A stretch of 64,000 bases of DNA from Mobula hypostoma (Eukaryota): NCBI RefSeq assembly GCF_963921235.1, contig NC_086108.1:86554001-86618000 (forward strand). The letters are read 5' to 3'. The notes under the pieces are model-generated. The model was not told where the DNA came from. It saw only the letters and a list, made by a program, of their open reading frames with translations, and ran no database searches. Shown here in pieces: positions 25,450-38,699 of the stretch. The position numbers and the translations under genes were made by a program. Numbering within the stretch: the first letter of the stretch is position 1; each line of letters starts with the position of its first letter.

Positions 25450-26772
25450 TTACAGTAACCAATTAACCTTCACCAATCCTGACCTATTGTACCATCTGTG
25501 TGGTGTTTGTATGTTCCCCCGTGCCCATATGGGTTTCTACTGAGTGTTTGGGTTTCCACCCACATCCAAAAGTCGTTCAGGTTTGAAAGTTAATTGGTTA
25601 CTGTAAATGCCCCCCAATGTGTAGGTGACTGGTGTAATCCGGGAAAAACAATAACATGGCATAACTGTAAATGGTTGGCATTGACTCGGTGGACCAAATA
25701 GCCTGTTTTCATGTTGTATGACTCTGATTCTATATGATCCATGACTGTTGATGATAATTTCTACTAAAGCAATATAATTTATTTAGGGCTGGGATGCCAT
25801 TAATAAAAATATATGTTATTTTGATTTGAGCAAATAAGAATAATCTCAGATTTTACTTCAGTGCACTGCCTCCTTTATGTTGATATTTTACCAGATCCAA
25901 ATCATTTTGATTAGGATAAATGAGAGGAGGTACGGACAGCAGCACAGACTGTCCTAATAGACTTAATGGATTTCTTTCCATCCCAAGATTAAATCTGTTT
26001 CTTCAAACTAGTTCTCCAAAAACTGCCTTCTGTTATGATCATTAAAATTGTGAAGTAATCCTGTGGCTCTTTATTTTAGTGCATATCTCATTACTTTACA
26101 GCAAATTTCCGAACTGCATATCTAATTATTTTCCTTTATGTTCCTGGGTGACTTCAAGACAAAATTCAATTTCATATTTTTTGATATTTATGTGCAGTAA
26201 ATTGAATTTCTATTTTTATGCTTTTTATTTAAGGAGGATTCACAAACATAGGAAAAATCACAATTAAAGGACAAGCTCATTAATATAATGAGGCGAGCAT
26301 TGCAAAGAGGAAACCGAGAAGCTCAGATAAAAAATGTAGTTTTGATGCAATAAATATAATCATGACAGATTTCAACTAGTGTTCCTCTTCAGTCTATCAC
26401 AGTCAGCCAGATGATTGAGGACAACATGTAACAGCCAAATAGATTTAATAGCGATTATCTCCATCTGAGTCAAGTGGTGTTCAAGATCCACACAGCAGAG
26501 GAAGGGACCTGTGAATTATGAGCTGTGTGGGTAATAGACGGGGACTTCAAGAAGATTTGGACAAATCAGCAAATAGAAGAGAGATGAAGCAGAATGTATA
26601 TAAATATGCAGTAGCTCATTTGGAGAGTATTATTACAATGATTGGAGTTTGGGAGATGTTCAAAGGAAGTTGGGTGTCAGAAATTGAAAGCAAATACATT
26701 TGGGAGGCTCGCAGGTAAGAGTGCATTCTTATGTTGGCCTTCAGTTCCAAAGGTTTTCAGTACACCTTATGG

Positions 26773-28412
26773 TGTTATGGTCTGGTCCATGAAGTCCGTA
26801 TTCCGGTTCACGGTCCGGTCCATCGACCCTTGTTCCAGGTTTTCCTGTCTACCCTGTTTCTGTTCTTGTTGAACTCTAATTGAGGCAGCTAATGCTCATT
26901 GGGGCTGGCTGCATAAATACCTTCAGAAACCAGGGCGTGGCTGCTGGATTGTTCTTGTCCTTACTCCTTGTATCCCTTCCTCTGCCTTCTGTTTCCTCGC
27001 CTGAAGCCCTACCTTGTCTTGCCAGTTAACTCTCGCCTCGCCTGAAGTTTTCGTCTTGTCTTGCTTTGCCAGCAGCCTTGCCTTGTCTTGCCGGTAACTC
27101 TCGCCTCACCTGAAGTTCTCGTCTCGCCTTGCATTGCCTGAAGCCTTGCCTTGTCTTGTTGGTAACTCTCACCTCGTCTCGCCTGCAGTCTTGTCCTGGA
27201 GCCACCCTGTACCTAGCTCCCTTCCTGTCCCTTGCCTCCGCCCAGGTAAGCCAGGCCGTCTTGCCATTACCTGCAGTTGGTTCTGTCCCTTCCTGTCCCA
27301 TGCCTCCCTTGGGTGGTGATCGGTGCCCTGCCCAGGAGTACCGCACCCTGTCCAGGTGAACCACGCCCTGCCCAGGAGGAGCCTGCCTAGCTTCAAGCCT
27401 GAAGACTCCTGCCTCCTGCCTAGCCGCAAGCCTGAAGACTCCAGCCTCCTGCCTAGCCTTAAGCCTGAAGACTCCAGCCTCCTGCCTAGCCGCAAGCCTG
27501 AAGACTCCAGCCTCCTGCCTAGCCGCAAGCCTGAAGACTCCAGCCTCCTGCCTAGCCTTAAGCCTGAAGACTCCAGCCTCCTGCCTAGCCGCAAGCCTGA
27601 AGACTCCAGCCTCCTGCCTAGCCGCAAGCCTGAAGACTCCAGCCTCCTGCCTAGCCGCAAGCCTGAAGACTCCAGCCTCCTGCCTAGCCGCAAGCCTGAA
27701 GACTCCAGCCTCCTGCCTAGCCGCAAGCCTGAAGACTCCAGCCTCCTGCCTAGCCGCAAGCCTGAAGACTCCAGCCTCCTGCCTAGCCGCAAGCCTGAAG
27801 ACTCCAGCCTCCTGCCTAGCCACAGGCCTGAAGACTCTAGCCTCCTTCCTCCTGCCTAGACTTGCCTCAAGTCTCTAGCCTCCTGCCTCCTGCCAAGCCT
27901 CGTCTCAAATCTCTAGCCTCTAGCCTGAAGACTCCAGCCTCCTGCCTCCTGCCAAGCCTCATCTCTAGCCTCGAGCCTGAAGACTCCTGCCTCCTGCCAA
28001 GCCTCCTCTCTAGCCTCTAGCCTCAAGCCTGAAGACTCCAGCCTCCTTCCTCCTGCCAAGCCTCGTCTCAAATCTCTAGCCTCTAGCCTCAAGCCTGAAG
28101 ACTCCTGCCTCCTGCCAAGCCTCGCCTCTAGCCTCAAGGCTGAAGACTCCAGCCTCGTCCTGCCTGCCTGCCAAGCCTCGTCCTTGCCTAGTTCTGTGAT
28201 CCAAGCCAGAGGCAAGACCCAAGTACTGGGTCCTTGTTCAGTCTCTGGCTTGGAGTCCAAGCCCGGGCTCCTAGCTCTCTTGCCAGTTTTGTTCTGGGTT
28301 CCCGGTTTTTGTGTCCATGTCCTTGCCCTCAGCCTGTATCCTAGTCCTGTCCCTAGTACTTCAGTGTCTGTGTCTTGCACTTGGGTCCATTCCCAGCCAC
28401 GGCCTTCTGACA
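26773..28412 (+). mobile_element. Solo LTR (1.64 kb), probably Gypsy-type
   Basis: TGTTA...TGACA termini, exact 5-bp TSD TATGG (26768-26772 / 28413-28417), TATA-like CATAAATA near 26911, no internal coding domains. Orientation inferred from the TATA-like box. Confidence 0.8.
27389..27850. repeat. 33-bp minisatellite, 14 copies, with degenerate variants continuing to ~28180
   Basis: Unit AGCCGCAAGCCTGAAGACTCCAGCCTCCTGCCT; 14 eleven-residue repeats in ORF 27323..27859. Confidence 0.95.
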
Positions 28413-28419
28413 TATGGTC

Positions 28420-28728
28420 CACTCTCATCTCCTATCAAATTCCTTCTTCTTTAACACTTCATCTTTTCAACCTGTCGTCTCCCAGTTTCTCACCATCCAC
28501 TCCTCCCCCACCCAACCATCTTCCCCCTCACTTGGCTTCACCTATCACTTTCAAGCTTGTATTATTTTCCCTCCCCCAATCTTTTTATTCTGGCTTCTTC
28601 CACCTTCCTTTGCAATCCTGATGAAGTGTCTTAACCTGAAATGTTGACTCTTTTTTCCTCTTCATAAATGCTGCCTGGTCTGCTGAGTTTCCCCAGTATT
28701 GTGTGTGTGTTACTCGGAACTTCCAGCA
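28420..28728 (+). mobile_element. Degenerate Penelope tail
   Basis: Pyrimidine-rich segment followed by cctgatgaag...tgaaatgttgact...gctgcctggtctgctgagtt. Confidence 0.75.
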
Positions 28729-31290
28729 TAAGACCATAAGACTATAAGACATAGAAGCAGAGTTAGGCCATTTGGTCCATCAAGTCTGCTGCACCATTCC
28801 ATCATGGCTGATTTATTATCCACCTCTATCCCATTCTCTTCTCCCAGTAACCTTTGATGTCCTGACTAATCAAGAACCTGTCAACCTATGCTTTAAATAT
28901 ACTCAATGACTCGGTCTCCCCAGGGATCTGTAGCAATGAATTCCTTAGATTCATAGATTCTGGCTAAAGAAATTCCTTCTCATTTCAGTTCTAAATGGAC
29001 AGACCTCTATTCTGAGGCTGTGCCATCTGGTCCTAGACTCACCTGCTGCAGGAAGAATCCTCTGCATATCCAATCTGTCCTCTGGACCTTTCAGTACTCA
29101 ATAAGTTTCAATGGGATCCCTCCTCATTCTTCTAAACTGCAGTGAATAAAGACCAAGTACCATCAAATTCTCCTCATACAGCACGTTAAACCTTTCATTC
29201 CCAAAATATTTATCATGAACCACCTCTGGATCCTCTCTAATGCCAACACATCTTTTCTTAGATCAGGGGCCCAAAACTGCTCACAATACTCTAAGTATGG
29301 TCTCACCAATGCCTTATAAAGCGTCAGCATAGCATCACATCCTTGTTCTTAAATTCTAGACCTCTTGAAATGAATGCAAACATTGCACTTGCCTTCGTTA
29401 CCACCAACTTAACCAAATTAACCTTAGGAAATCTTGCATGAGGACTCCCTTGGCACTACTGAGTTTTGATTTTTTCCCTCTTTAGAAAATAGTCTATACC
29501 TTTATTCCTGCTATATTGCATCTGTCACGTCCATTCTCCCAATCTATCTAAGTCCATCTGCAGATTCCCTGCTTTCTGAACACTAACTCCCCCTCCATCT
29601 ATCTTTGTATCTTCTGCAAACTTGGCCACAAAGCTATCAATTCAGTTACCCAATTTATTGATACTGTATATAACATGAAAAGGAGCGGCCACAACACCAA
29701 CCTCCGCAAAACACCACTAGTCACTGGTAGCCAACCAGAAAAGGCCCCTCTTATTCCCAGTCTTCGTCTCATGCCAGTCAGCCAATCTTCTTTTCATGCT
29801 GGTGTCTTTCCAGTTAAGCAGCCTCATGTGCAGCACCTTGTCAAATTCCTGAAAATCCAAGTAAACTATGTCTTCTGACTCTCCTTTATCTCTTCTACCT
29901 GTTATTTCCTCGAATAATTCCAACAGATTTGTCAGGCAAGACTTACCCTTAAGGAAACCATGCTGGCTTTGGCCTATTTTATCATGTGACTCCAAGTACC
30001 CTGAAACCTCATCCTTAATAATGGACTCTAATATCATCCCAACCACTGAAGTCAGACTAACTAGCCTATAATTTCCTTTCTTCTGCCTCCCTCTGTTCTT
30101 AATGAGTGGAGTAACATTTGCTATTTTCCAGTCCCCAGGAACCATTCCACAATCTAATGTTTCTTGACAGATCATTACTAATGCCTCCGCAATCTCTTCA
30201 GCTATCTCTTTCAGAACCCTGGGGTATAGCCCATCTGGACCAGGTGATTTATCTACCTTCAGAACTTTCAGCTTCCTACGCACCTTCTTCTTAATAATAG
30301 CAACAACACTCTCTTCCGCCCCCTGACACTGTCGAATAACTGGAATGCTGCTAGTGTCTTCCACAGTGAAGACTGATGAAAATTACTTATTAAGTTCATC
30401 CACCATTTCTTTGTTCCTCAATCACTACCTCTCCAGTGTCATTTTCCACCGTCTGATAGCCACTCTTACTTCTCTTTTACTCTTTGCACTATATGTCTGA
30501 AAAACCTTTTGGTATTTTCTTTTATATTATTGGCTATCTTACCTTCGTATTTTATCTTTTTTCTCCTTACATTTTTTTTAGTTGCCTTCAGTAAGTTTTT
30601 AAAAGCTTCCCAATCTTTTAATCTGCCACTAACTTTTGCTATATTATATGCCCTTTCTTTTCCTTTTATGGTGTCTTTGGCTTCCCTTGTCAGCCCCGGC
30701 TGCCTCACCCTCCCTTTAGAATACTTTCTCAACCTTGGGATGCATCTATTCTGAGCCTTCCAAGTTGCTCGCAGAAATTACAGCCATTGCTGTTTTGCCA
30801 TGATCCCTGTTAGTATCCCCTTCCAATCAACTTTGGTCAGCTGCTCTCTCATGCCTCTGTTATTCCTTTTACTCCACTGTAATACTGATGTATCTGTCTT
30901 TACCTTCTCCTTCCCAAACCACAGGGTGAATTCTATCATATTTTGATCACTGCCTCCTAAGGGTTCCTTTGGTTTGGGGATTTCCAGCATTTGCAGAATC
31001 TCGTGTGTTTATTATTCCTTTACCTTAAGCTCATTAATCAAACCTGGTTCATTACACAACACACAATCCAGAATTACCTTTCCCCTAGTGGGCTCAGACA
31101 CAAGCTGCTCTAAAATGCCATCTCATAGGCATTCTACAAATTCCTTCTTTTGGGATCCAGCACCATACTAATTTTACCAATCTTCATGCATATTGAAATC
31201 CCCCATAACTATCATGACGCCTCCCTTTTTATGTGCCTCTTCTATCTCCAATTTTGGCTACTATTAGGATCCCTCTATATATATAACTCC
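28729..31290 (-). mobile_element. Degenerate CR1 LINE (EN to 3' tail)
   Basis: ORFs 29717..30364 (KSPGPDGLYPRVLKE, SQHGFLKGKSCLTNL), 30466..30732 and 30778..30990; (cataaga)-type tail near 28730. Confidence 0.9.
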
Positions 31291-31324
31291 CATCACCATC
31301 TGCAGAATCTCTTATGTTTGTGAG

Positions 31325-31890
31325 TACAGAAGCAAGGATGGTTTAGCACAATAATGCAGAATTTCCGTGAGATAATACTCAGAATATTGTGTGCAAATCT
31401 GCTATCCTTATATAAAAATCAGTTTACTCGAGTTATAGAACGAGTGCAGTGAGGATTGACTGAACTGGCTCTAGGATGGTGGTATTCTGGTATGAGAAGC
31501 TATTTCATTGGCTAGGCTTGTATTCACTAGAGTTTAGAAGAATGAGAGAGGATCTCAATTAGATATAAAACCTTAGGACATAGTTGCTGATTGGAAGCAG
31601 GGAAGAAGTTTTCCTTGGTTGGGGACTCAAAAACTGGATATCACAGATTCAGAATAGGAGTGAAATCAGGCGAAATTTCTTCATATGAAGGGATACATTT
31701 TTGATATGCTCTGCTACCAGTATGTAATGAAGCCAAGTTACTGAATTTATTTAAGAAGAAATGAGATAGAAAGCTACACACAATAGACATGAAAGGGTAT
31801 AAAGAGAAAGCATGAGTATGATATTGGGATGGAGAAACAGCCCTGATATATTGAATATTTTAGAAGGCTCAAAAGCTAAATGGCCCACTT
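31325..31890 (+). mobile_element. Highly decayed CR1 3' part
   Basis: ctaggcttgtattcactagagtttagaagaatgagagaggatctc (LGLYSLEFRRMREDL). Confidence 0.7.
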
Positions 31891-32029
31891 TACCTCATCT
31901 GGCCCCTCAAGCCTACTTCTCTGCATGACTCTGTGTTAAATTTAGAGCTCAGAATTTTTATTTTTGCTTTACAAACAGCTTAATTAATTGGTCTGTAAGA
32001 TAAATGGCAACTGTGTGAGTTGGCAACAG

Positions 32030-32361
32030 AACATGACGAACGTCGAGCTCTATGACGACCTACCGATGCTCACCACTCACTAAAATCGAGGCGAGAAGAC
32101 TGCAACTAGTGGGGCACTGTCTACGCCACCCCAAGCTACCTGCCAGCCTAGTCATCATACGGGAGCTCAAGCGTGGGAGGATGAACCCTGGGCGCCCTCC
32201 CAAGACTATGGTCAACATGCTCCTAGAAGACAGCAGCGCGGCTAACGTAGATGAACTGAACACACTGATGAGGGAGAGGGAGAAGTGGAGAGTCCGTCAT
32301 CATGCCTGATGCTGGCCCCCTAGGCCTGAGTCGAAGTAGTAGTAGTAGTAGTAGTAGTAGT
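32030..32361 (+). mobile_element. RTE/RTEX-type LINE 3' fragment with (AGT)n tail
   Basis: KIEARRLQLVGHCLRHP...GRMNPGRPPKTMV matches the RTE C-terminal pattern (RL..GH..R...GRP); trinucleotide tail 32336-32361. Confidence 0.75.
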
Positions 32362-33659
32362 TGCTCTTCATCAACATTTGAAAATAAAGGAGAAGGAAAA
32401 GCTTAGGGCCAATCTATTCTGCAGACTGGCAGCCACTTGAAGGGCTTGGCACTTGGTAACTTAATCCAAGATTCCAGGCAAGAATATTCCTTTTTTATTC
32501 ATGTTTCTTACTTTGGTTGCCCTCATCTCGATCCAATGAGTGTGAGGATTAAGAGAAAACTGCTTTTAGATTGTTTCTCTAATGATGAATAGTTTGAGGT
32601 AGCTTTCTGTTATTGAGGGATGGAAAGTGGGTTCCAAAGTGCGTCTTGTGGCCCATTTTTTAAAAATCTTCCATTAATGGAAACCAAATAAAACAGCAGA
32701 TTCTGGAATCTGAAATAAAAACAGAATGCTAGAAGATTAGTAGCATTTATGGGAAGAGACACATTCTGAGGAAGGATTGCTGACTTGAAATGACACCAGG
32801 TTTCTGTGCCGATAGATGCTATTTGACTGCTGAGTTCTTCTAACTTTTCTGTCTTTGATCCTTATCCTACTGCCAACAATTTCCCTGATCTTCCCAGAAC
32901 TTGCCATTCTGTATTTGATGTTCACAAAGCAGACTCCAGAGTATTATGTTATATAATACAGAAGGAGGCTTTCCAGACAATCATGTGCGCTGACTGTTTG
33001 AGCTATCAAACTATTTCCAGCACTATTCGTTAGTTACAGTCCTAAAAATATTTCCACTTCAAGTAATTATTCAAATTGCTTTGAAAATTCACACCAATTT
33101 TGTTTGTCCTCCATCCTTTCAAGTAATGCAATCCAGATCATAACAACTTATTGTGTAGAGTAATTCTCATCTGGTTCTTTTGACAATAATTTTAAAGCTA
33201 ATTACAAATTTTCTGCTGGTGGAAGCCGCTCTTTTTTTTCTTCCACAAGCATCTTCAATATGTTTAAGACCAATTAATTTCCTCTTTCGGTTTCTCTGCT
33301 CTAAGGAGAAAAATTCCAGCTTCACCAGACTGTTCACACTCATTGCTGGTACCATTACTGTTAACCCCCTTGCCACCTTAGGCAAGGTCTTCACATCCCT
33401 CCGAAAGCATCAGTTTTAATTTTTGTGTGACTATCGGTTTCCTCCAGGTACTCCAGCTTCTTCCCGCCTTCCAAAGATGTGCAGGTTAGTAGATTAATTG
33501 GTCACATGGGTGTAATTGGGAAGCACAGGCTCGATGTTCTGGAAGGACCTGTCACTTTTCTGTATCTCTAAAATAAATAAATGAATTAAATATAAATACA
33601 CCAGTTGAGACATCTAGTAAATCCCAATAATCCAACATCTAATTGCTCATAAATCCTAT

Positions 33660-34080
33660 AAACAGACACAAAATGCTGGAGGAACTCAGCAGGCCAGGCA
33701 GCATCTATGGAAAAGAGTAAACATTTGATGTTTTGGGCCGAGACCCTTCATCAGGACAAGAAAAAAAGGATGAGGTCAGAAATAAGAAGGTGGGGGGGAG
33801 GAGAGGATGATGTACAAAGTAGTAGGTGATAAGTGAAACTAGGAGAGGGGGAGGGGTGAAGTAAAGAGCTGGGAAGTTGATAGGTGAAAGGTAAAGAGCT
33901 GGTGTAAAGGGAATCTGCTAGGAGAGGGTAGAAGACCATGACAGAAAGGAGAGGAGCGCCAGGGGGAGGTGATGGGCAGGTAAGGAGATAAAGTGAGAGA
34001 CAGAAATGGGAGTGGGGTTTGTGAAGGTGGCGGTGGGGTGGCAGGCAATTAGTGGAAGCTCGTGAAATTGATGTTCACAA
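33660..34080 (-). mobile_element. Penelope tail
   Basis: aaatgctggaggaactcagcaggccaggcagcatc...gggccgagacccttcatcaggac followed by a purine-rich tract. Confidence 0.82.
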
Positions 34081-34819
34081 ATCTTGATAGTTTTGGTGTC
34101 TAGATCAACTATCAGGTCAGAGTGTGAGCCAGGGGTCTAGAGTACAAAGGGAGGGTCAGGCTAGAGTCAGGGTCTGGAATACAACCAAGGCTGGAGTTTG
34201 GATTGGGAACTTGACATGTGGCTGGAACTTAGGTTGAGTTGGAGAATATTAGAAGTCAGAGTCATGTGTCTGAAATCAAGACTCGGAATGCTTGAATATG
34301 TCCTGCTCCCTTTAGATTCACTGAGTTCACGGAAAGAATTGTCATACTACAGTGTTGCATGTTAAAAGAACGGAAATAAAATTGTACCCGGTAATTTTTA
34401 GGAATAATATCCAAAGGTTAGTCCAAAAGGAGCAGATTATCAGAGTTTCAAAGTCAATATTGTTGTCACATGCACGAGTACACGTATGCACAGGTACAAT
34501 GAAAACCTTACTTGTAGCCACATCACTGGCACATAGATTCATATAAAAAGCATTCACAAGAAAAATACAACCTCAACATAAACTATACACAATTTTTGCA
34601 AGAGCACAGTTAGAACAAAAAGCGCAACATTTTATTATAAAGAAGTTAAAGTGGTCCATAATGATGCCAAAGTAGTGATTAGGGTTTTGTCACTCATCTT
34701 GAGAAATGAATGGCTGAAGGGAAGTAACTGCTCTTGAACTTGGTGATATGGAACGTTAGTCTTCTATACTCCCTGCCTGATGTTAGTTGATCAGAGCTAT
34801 GAAAATATGGTCATGGCTA

Positions 34820-35155
34820 TATTTGGTAGAGGTATACAAAATTATGAGGGGTATAGTTAGGGATAATGCGAGCAAGCTGTTTCCACTGAGGTCTGGTGGA
34901 ACTAGAACCAGAGGTCATTGGTTAAGAGTGAAAGGTGAAATAGCTGAGGGAACAACTTCACTCAGAGGATGGTGCGAGTGTGAAACAAGCTGCCAGAGGA
35001 AGTATTGAATGTGGGAAAAGTTTGGATAAGTATATGTAGGGGAGGGGTTTGGAGGGCTATGGTAGTGAGGGCCGATGGGACGAGGTAGAATAACAGTTCA
35101 TCATAGACTAGAGGGACAGAAGTGCCTGTTTATGTGCTATGATACTGTATGACTC
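34820..35155 (+). mobile_element. CR1 3' end
   Basis: LVEVYKIMRGI...TRTRGHWLRVKG. Confidence 0.75.
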
Positions 35156-35240
35156 TAGCAAATCACAAAACTGAGATATTTATGTGAGATTCCTTTCTCT
35201 CCCCTTTACAAACACTGAAACACAATCTATACACTCCTAG

Positions 35241-35374
35241 AAGGCAGCCTCCTGCAGGGTTCACAATCGCTGCATCACTTAAGTGGTGTCTATTGGAGAG
35301 CGGTTCTAGACCACTTGCAGAGCAATCTCTGTGATCACAAAACTCAGAGTATCAAGGCTGCCAAGGATGTAGAG
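35241..35374 (+). other. Candidate internal exon of an unidentified host transcript
   Basis: cctag| ... GAG|GTAAGA in apparently unique sequence; only one forward frame is open (GSLLQGSQSLHHLSGVYWRAVLDHLQSNLCDHKTQSIKAAKDVE); peptide not recognised. Confidence 0.25.
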
Positions 35375-35934
35375 GTAAGAGCTGGGTAGGAGAGAGGTGA
35401 AGTGATGTAGTGGACCTCTGATGAGGCCCCCTAATGCTATGATGCAGTCTGATTCTACCCTGTGCTGTAATCAATCCACTCCCACAGCCAAATAATTGGA
35501 GCAATAGGGCCATTGAGTGCAGCAATCTGCAATGGGATGTGCAGTGCAAAGTTGCTGCAGCTTTTCCCAACACAGTGTATATGTAAAGAAACATCATTGG
35601 GAAATTAACATAAGGAACCCAGTGAACATTAAGTTAGTGACCCATTAGATGGCCTTCTAACATGATATGGTTTCCAAACTTTCTGCATGATTTGTTCCTT
35701 ATTTACTATGAAGTTTACAATAAGGATCATTGCCATAACCTTTTCATCAGGTTTCTGTTGGTCAGTCAGAAATACTGGGTATGAATGCTGATTATGTTGC
35801 ACACATAAAATATGACTGGAACATGACAGCCACGATAAGATGAATGCAAATATAAATGAGTGATTTCTCGACAGGTAGAATTTCAACAGGAATTGAATGA
35901 AAATACTTTGAAATGTACACAGAATGTTTTTTTT

Positions 35935-36235
35935 CCACTGACATTGGGTAAGATGAGAACTTGAGGTCATAATTTAAGGGTGAAAGGTAAAATATGTAAG
36001 GGGAACATGAGGGGAACTTCTTCACTCAGAGAATGGTGCTAGTGTGGAGCGAGCTGCCAGTGGAAGTAGTGAATGCGGGTTGGATTGTAACATTTAGGAA
36101 AAGTTTGGATACATACATGGATGGAAGTGGTATGGAGGGCTATGGTCCCGGTGCGGCTAATAGGAATAGGCAGAAAAATAGTTTGGCATGGACATGATGG
36201 GCCAAAGGGTCTGGTTCTGTCTTGTAGTGCTGTAT
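35935..36235 (+). mobile_element. CR1 3' end
   Basis: gaggtcataatttaagggtgaaagg...aacttcttcactcagagaatggtg...gggccaaagggtctg. Confidence 0.75.
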
Positions 36236-37619
36236 GAATCAATGCTGCAAGTTTCTTTTTACAGGACTTACACAGAAAAATAAAGCACAACTGTGTCCAA
36301 TTTCTAGGCATATATTCCAGCTGCCTCTTTCTTGCCCACTAATTTAACATCATGGTTCCTTTGCCATTTGTTTCGGCTTATCCAATAGTTTACCTGCCCA
36401 TCGGGCTTTGAATTGTCAGCAAGCTTGGATACATTGCATACTGTCCTCTCAACTAAGTCAACGATAAAATTTCTGATGTTAATACTGATCCTGTCCTTTC
36501 CTACAATTTCTGTCTATTATCCAATCCACAGCCCATGTTAATTTACTATTCCTAATTCTAGCTGCTCAGATTATTTGTAATAATCTCTTGTGTTACACCT
36601 TATAACTGTTTTTTGAAAGTTTAAATACAAATGATACTAATTGAAAGCTACTGAGATCCACTGTGTACATGAAATCTTGACAGTTGCAACGTCGGAAACT
36701 CTAAGATTTGTCAAATGTGATTTTCTGTTGTAAACCTGTGATAATTTGTCTCAATCATGCTTTGATTTTTCCAAGTGCCTTTTGACTACAACCTTAACTG
36801 TAAGTATTACTATTTACCATACTCATTTCAGACTAACTATCTACTTATTCCCCATTTACTCTCTTACTTCTCCCCTAATTTGACATGTTACATCTGCTAT
36901 CTTCTAACCCACAGGAAGCACTCGAAAGTCTTGTGCATGCTGAAAAATTAAAATCAATGCATCCACAAAAATCCTAGGAAGAAGGTCTTCATGAACTAGG
37001 AAAATTAATTTCTCCTGCAATATTTCGTTGCTACTCTTTGTCATGATGATTTAAGGCTGTGGTACATAGATTATTTCAACTACAGGAGTATGAAGGATTG
37101 CGTGGATCAGTTAGGAAAATGGAGCTTGGCCAAATATTAGATCTGTCAAAATATTGTGGGGCCAGATAATCTACTTTTGCTCGTCCTTCCTATGTTCTAC
37201 TGTCCTCTTGTTGGGGCCTCATTCCCCAAGATCTTTGGTTCTGTACTTTCTCTGGAATATTTTTTTTATTCTCCAGAGCAGAAATGATTGCAAAGTAATC
37301 ACTAAATGTCTATGTAATTTCGTTACTCCCCATCATAATTGCTCCTCCTGCCTCTCCTAGTGGAGTTGTTTTTACTTTTGTTGATCCTTTCTATTAATGG
37401 AAAATTTTATAATGTGTTCTCTTGGATCTTGCATGTCAGCTCTTGTATTTAATTTTACCTCTCATTATCAATTTCTTATTCATCCTTATTTAATTTCCCT
37501 AACTCTCATATATCATGGAGGGTCTGTTTTCCTTCTGCAATTATCATCTTGAAAAGACTTTACGTCTCCCAATGTAGAGCTGTTCTTTCTACTTCGATTA
37601 ACCATTTGAAAATTATTTC

Positions 37620-38440
37620 GAACCTAGAGAATCTCCACGAGGAAATATGACGATTACACACAATATTTCTACAGAATAGCTACAAGGTGAATGAATCAAT
37701 CAGGCCCTTAAAAGGGCCAATGGAAAAAAACAGGAAATTTAACAATGAGGAGGACCCTTTCACTACCGCCTGTCTTCCCTATATTTCCATGGTTTCTGGC
37801 AGGATTGCCAGGATCCTGAAGAAATACCAGATTAATATCTCCACAACCTCTTTAAGGAAGCTCATATCACAACTAATGCAGGCCAGAGACGACCTAGGAC
37901 CCAGGCCGGCTGGCATTTACAGGACTCTCTGTGAATACTGCGCAGAGTATATTGGCCAGGCGGGATGCATGGTGCAATGTATCCGTTTGGGTTACCTGGA
38001 GATGTATCCGTTTGGGTTACCTGGAGAAATAGGTGGTATCAGACCATTGCATTTGCAATGGTGATAGGATTGACTTCAATGATACAGAACTACAGTGTTG
38101 TGCCAATGGCTTTTGGGACTGCCTGGTGAAGGAAGCCATTGAAATGAAATCAGACAAAAAGAATTTTAACAAAGACAAAGGTCTTGCTCTTAGTAAGAAC
38201 TGGAATTTAATTGTAAACAGGGTGGGACAGTGGAAACCTGATTGAATGAGGACTAACCAATCAGGAAGGACGGGCGATGGGGGTATAAATACCTCCAGAC
38301 TAGATGTGCTCAGGCATCATCCCTGATGAAGATGGCAGAGTTTGTCGTGGGAAATGTTGGTTAAAGTTGAAACCTGTACCCAGCCGGAACCCTAGAAGAG
38401 TTTATTTGTCATATACACTGGGAAAGCACGAGGTCCTTTT
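37620..38440 (+). mobile_element. Second, unrelated Penelope family (Poseidon/Penelope-like): GIY-YIG end and tail
   Basis: CLPYISMVSGRIARILKKY, GIYRTLCEYCAEYIGQ, KEAIEM...NFNKDKG; hammerhead-like ctgatgaag at 38323; 25-bp tandem duplication 37977-38026. Confidence 0.8.
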
Positions 38441-38699
38441 TTGGTTATTCTTTTTGGTTTCTGACATGCATTCAGTTTTTCTAGTGTATTGTAAACATTG
38501 TCTAATTAGTATTATATTCATGTTTTCATTGATCCGCCAACTAAAGTAGAGAACAGATTCCTTTATGTCACTCAATGACTTGTGCTAATATTACTTTGTG
38601 ATGGTATGTACGGTGCTTTGCACCTTGGTCCCAGAGAAACTCTGCTTCATTTAGCTGTTCGGTGTGTATGGTTGAGTGGCAATTAAAGTTGAATTGGTA

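Noticed and set aside
26518..26720. Exon ending at CAG|GTAAGA
   Set aside because: The peptide (LQEDLDK...NVYKYAVAHL) is a decayed CR1 RT C-terminus.
27389..27850. CRISPR-like array of 33-bp repeats
   Set aside because: Units are head-to-tail with no unique spacers, there are no cas genes, the context is eukaryotic, and the array lies within a solo LTR.
27026..27859. Repeat-protein ORFs (ARQEAGVFRLA, PEDSSLLPSRK)
   Set aside because: By-products of a 33-bp period open on both strands; no other evidence of coding.
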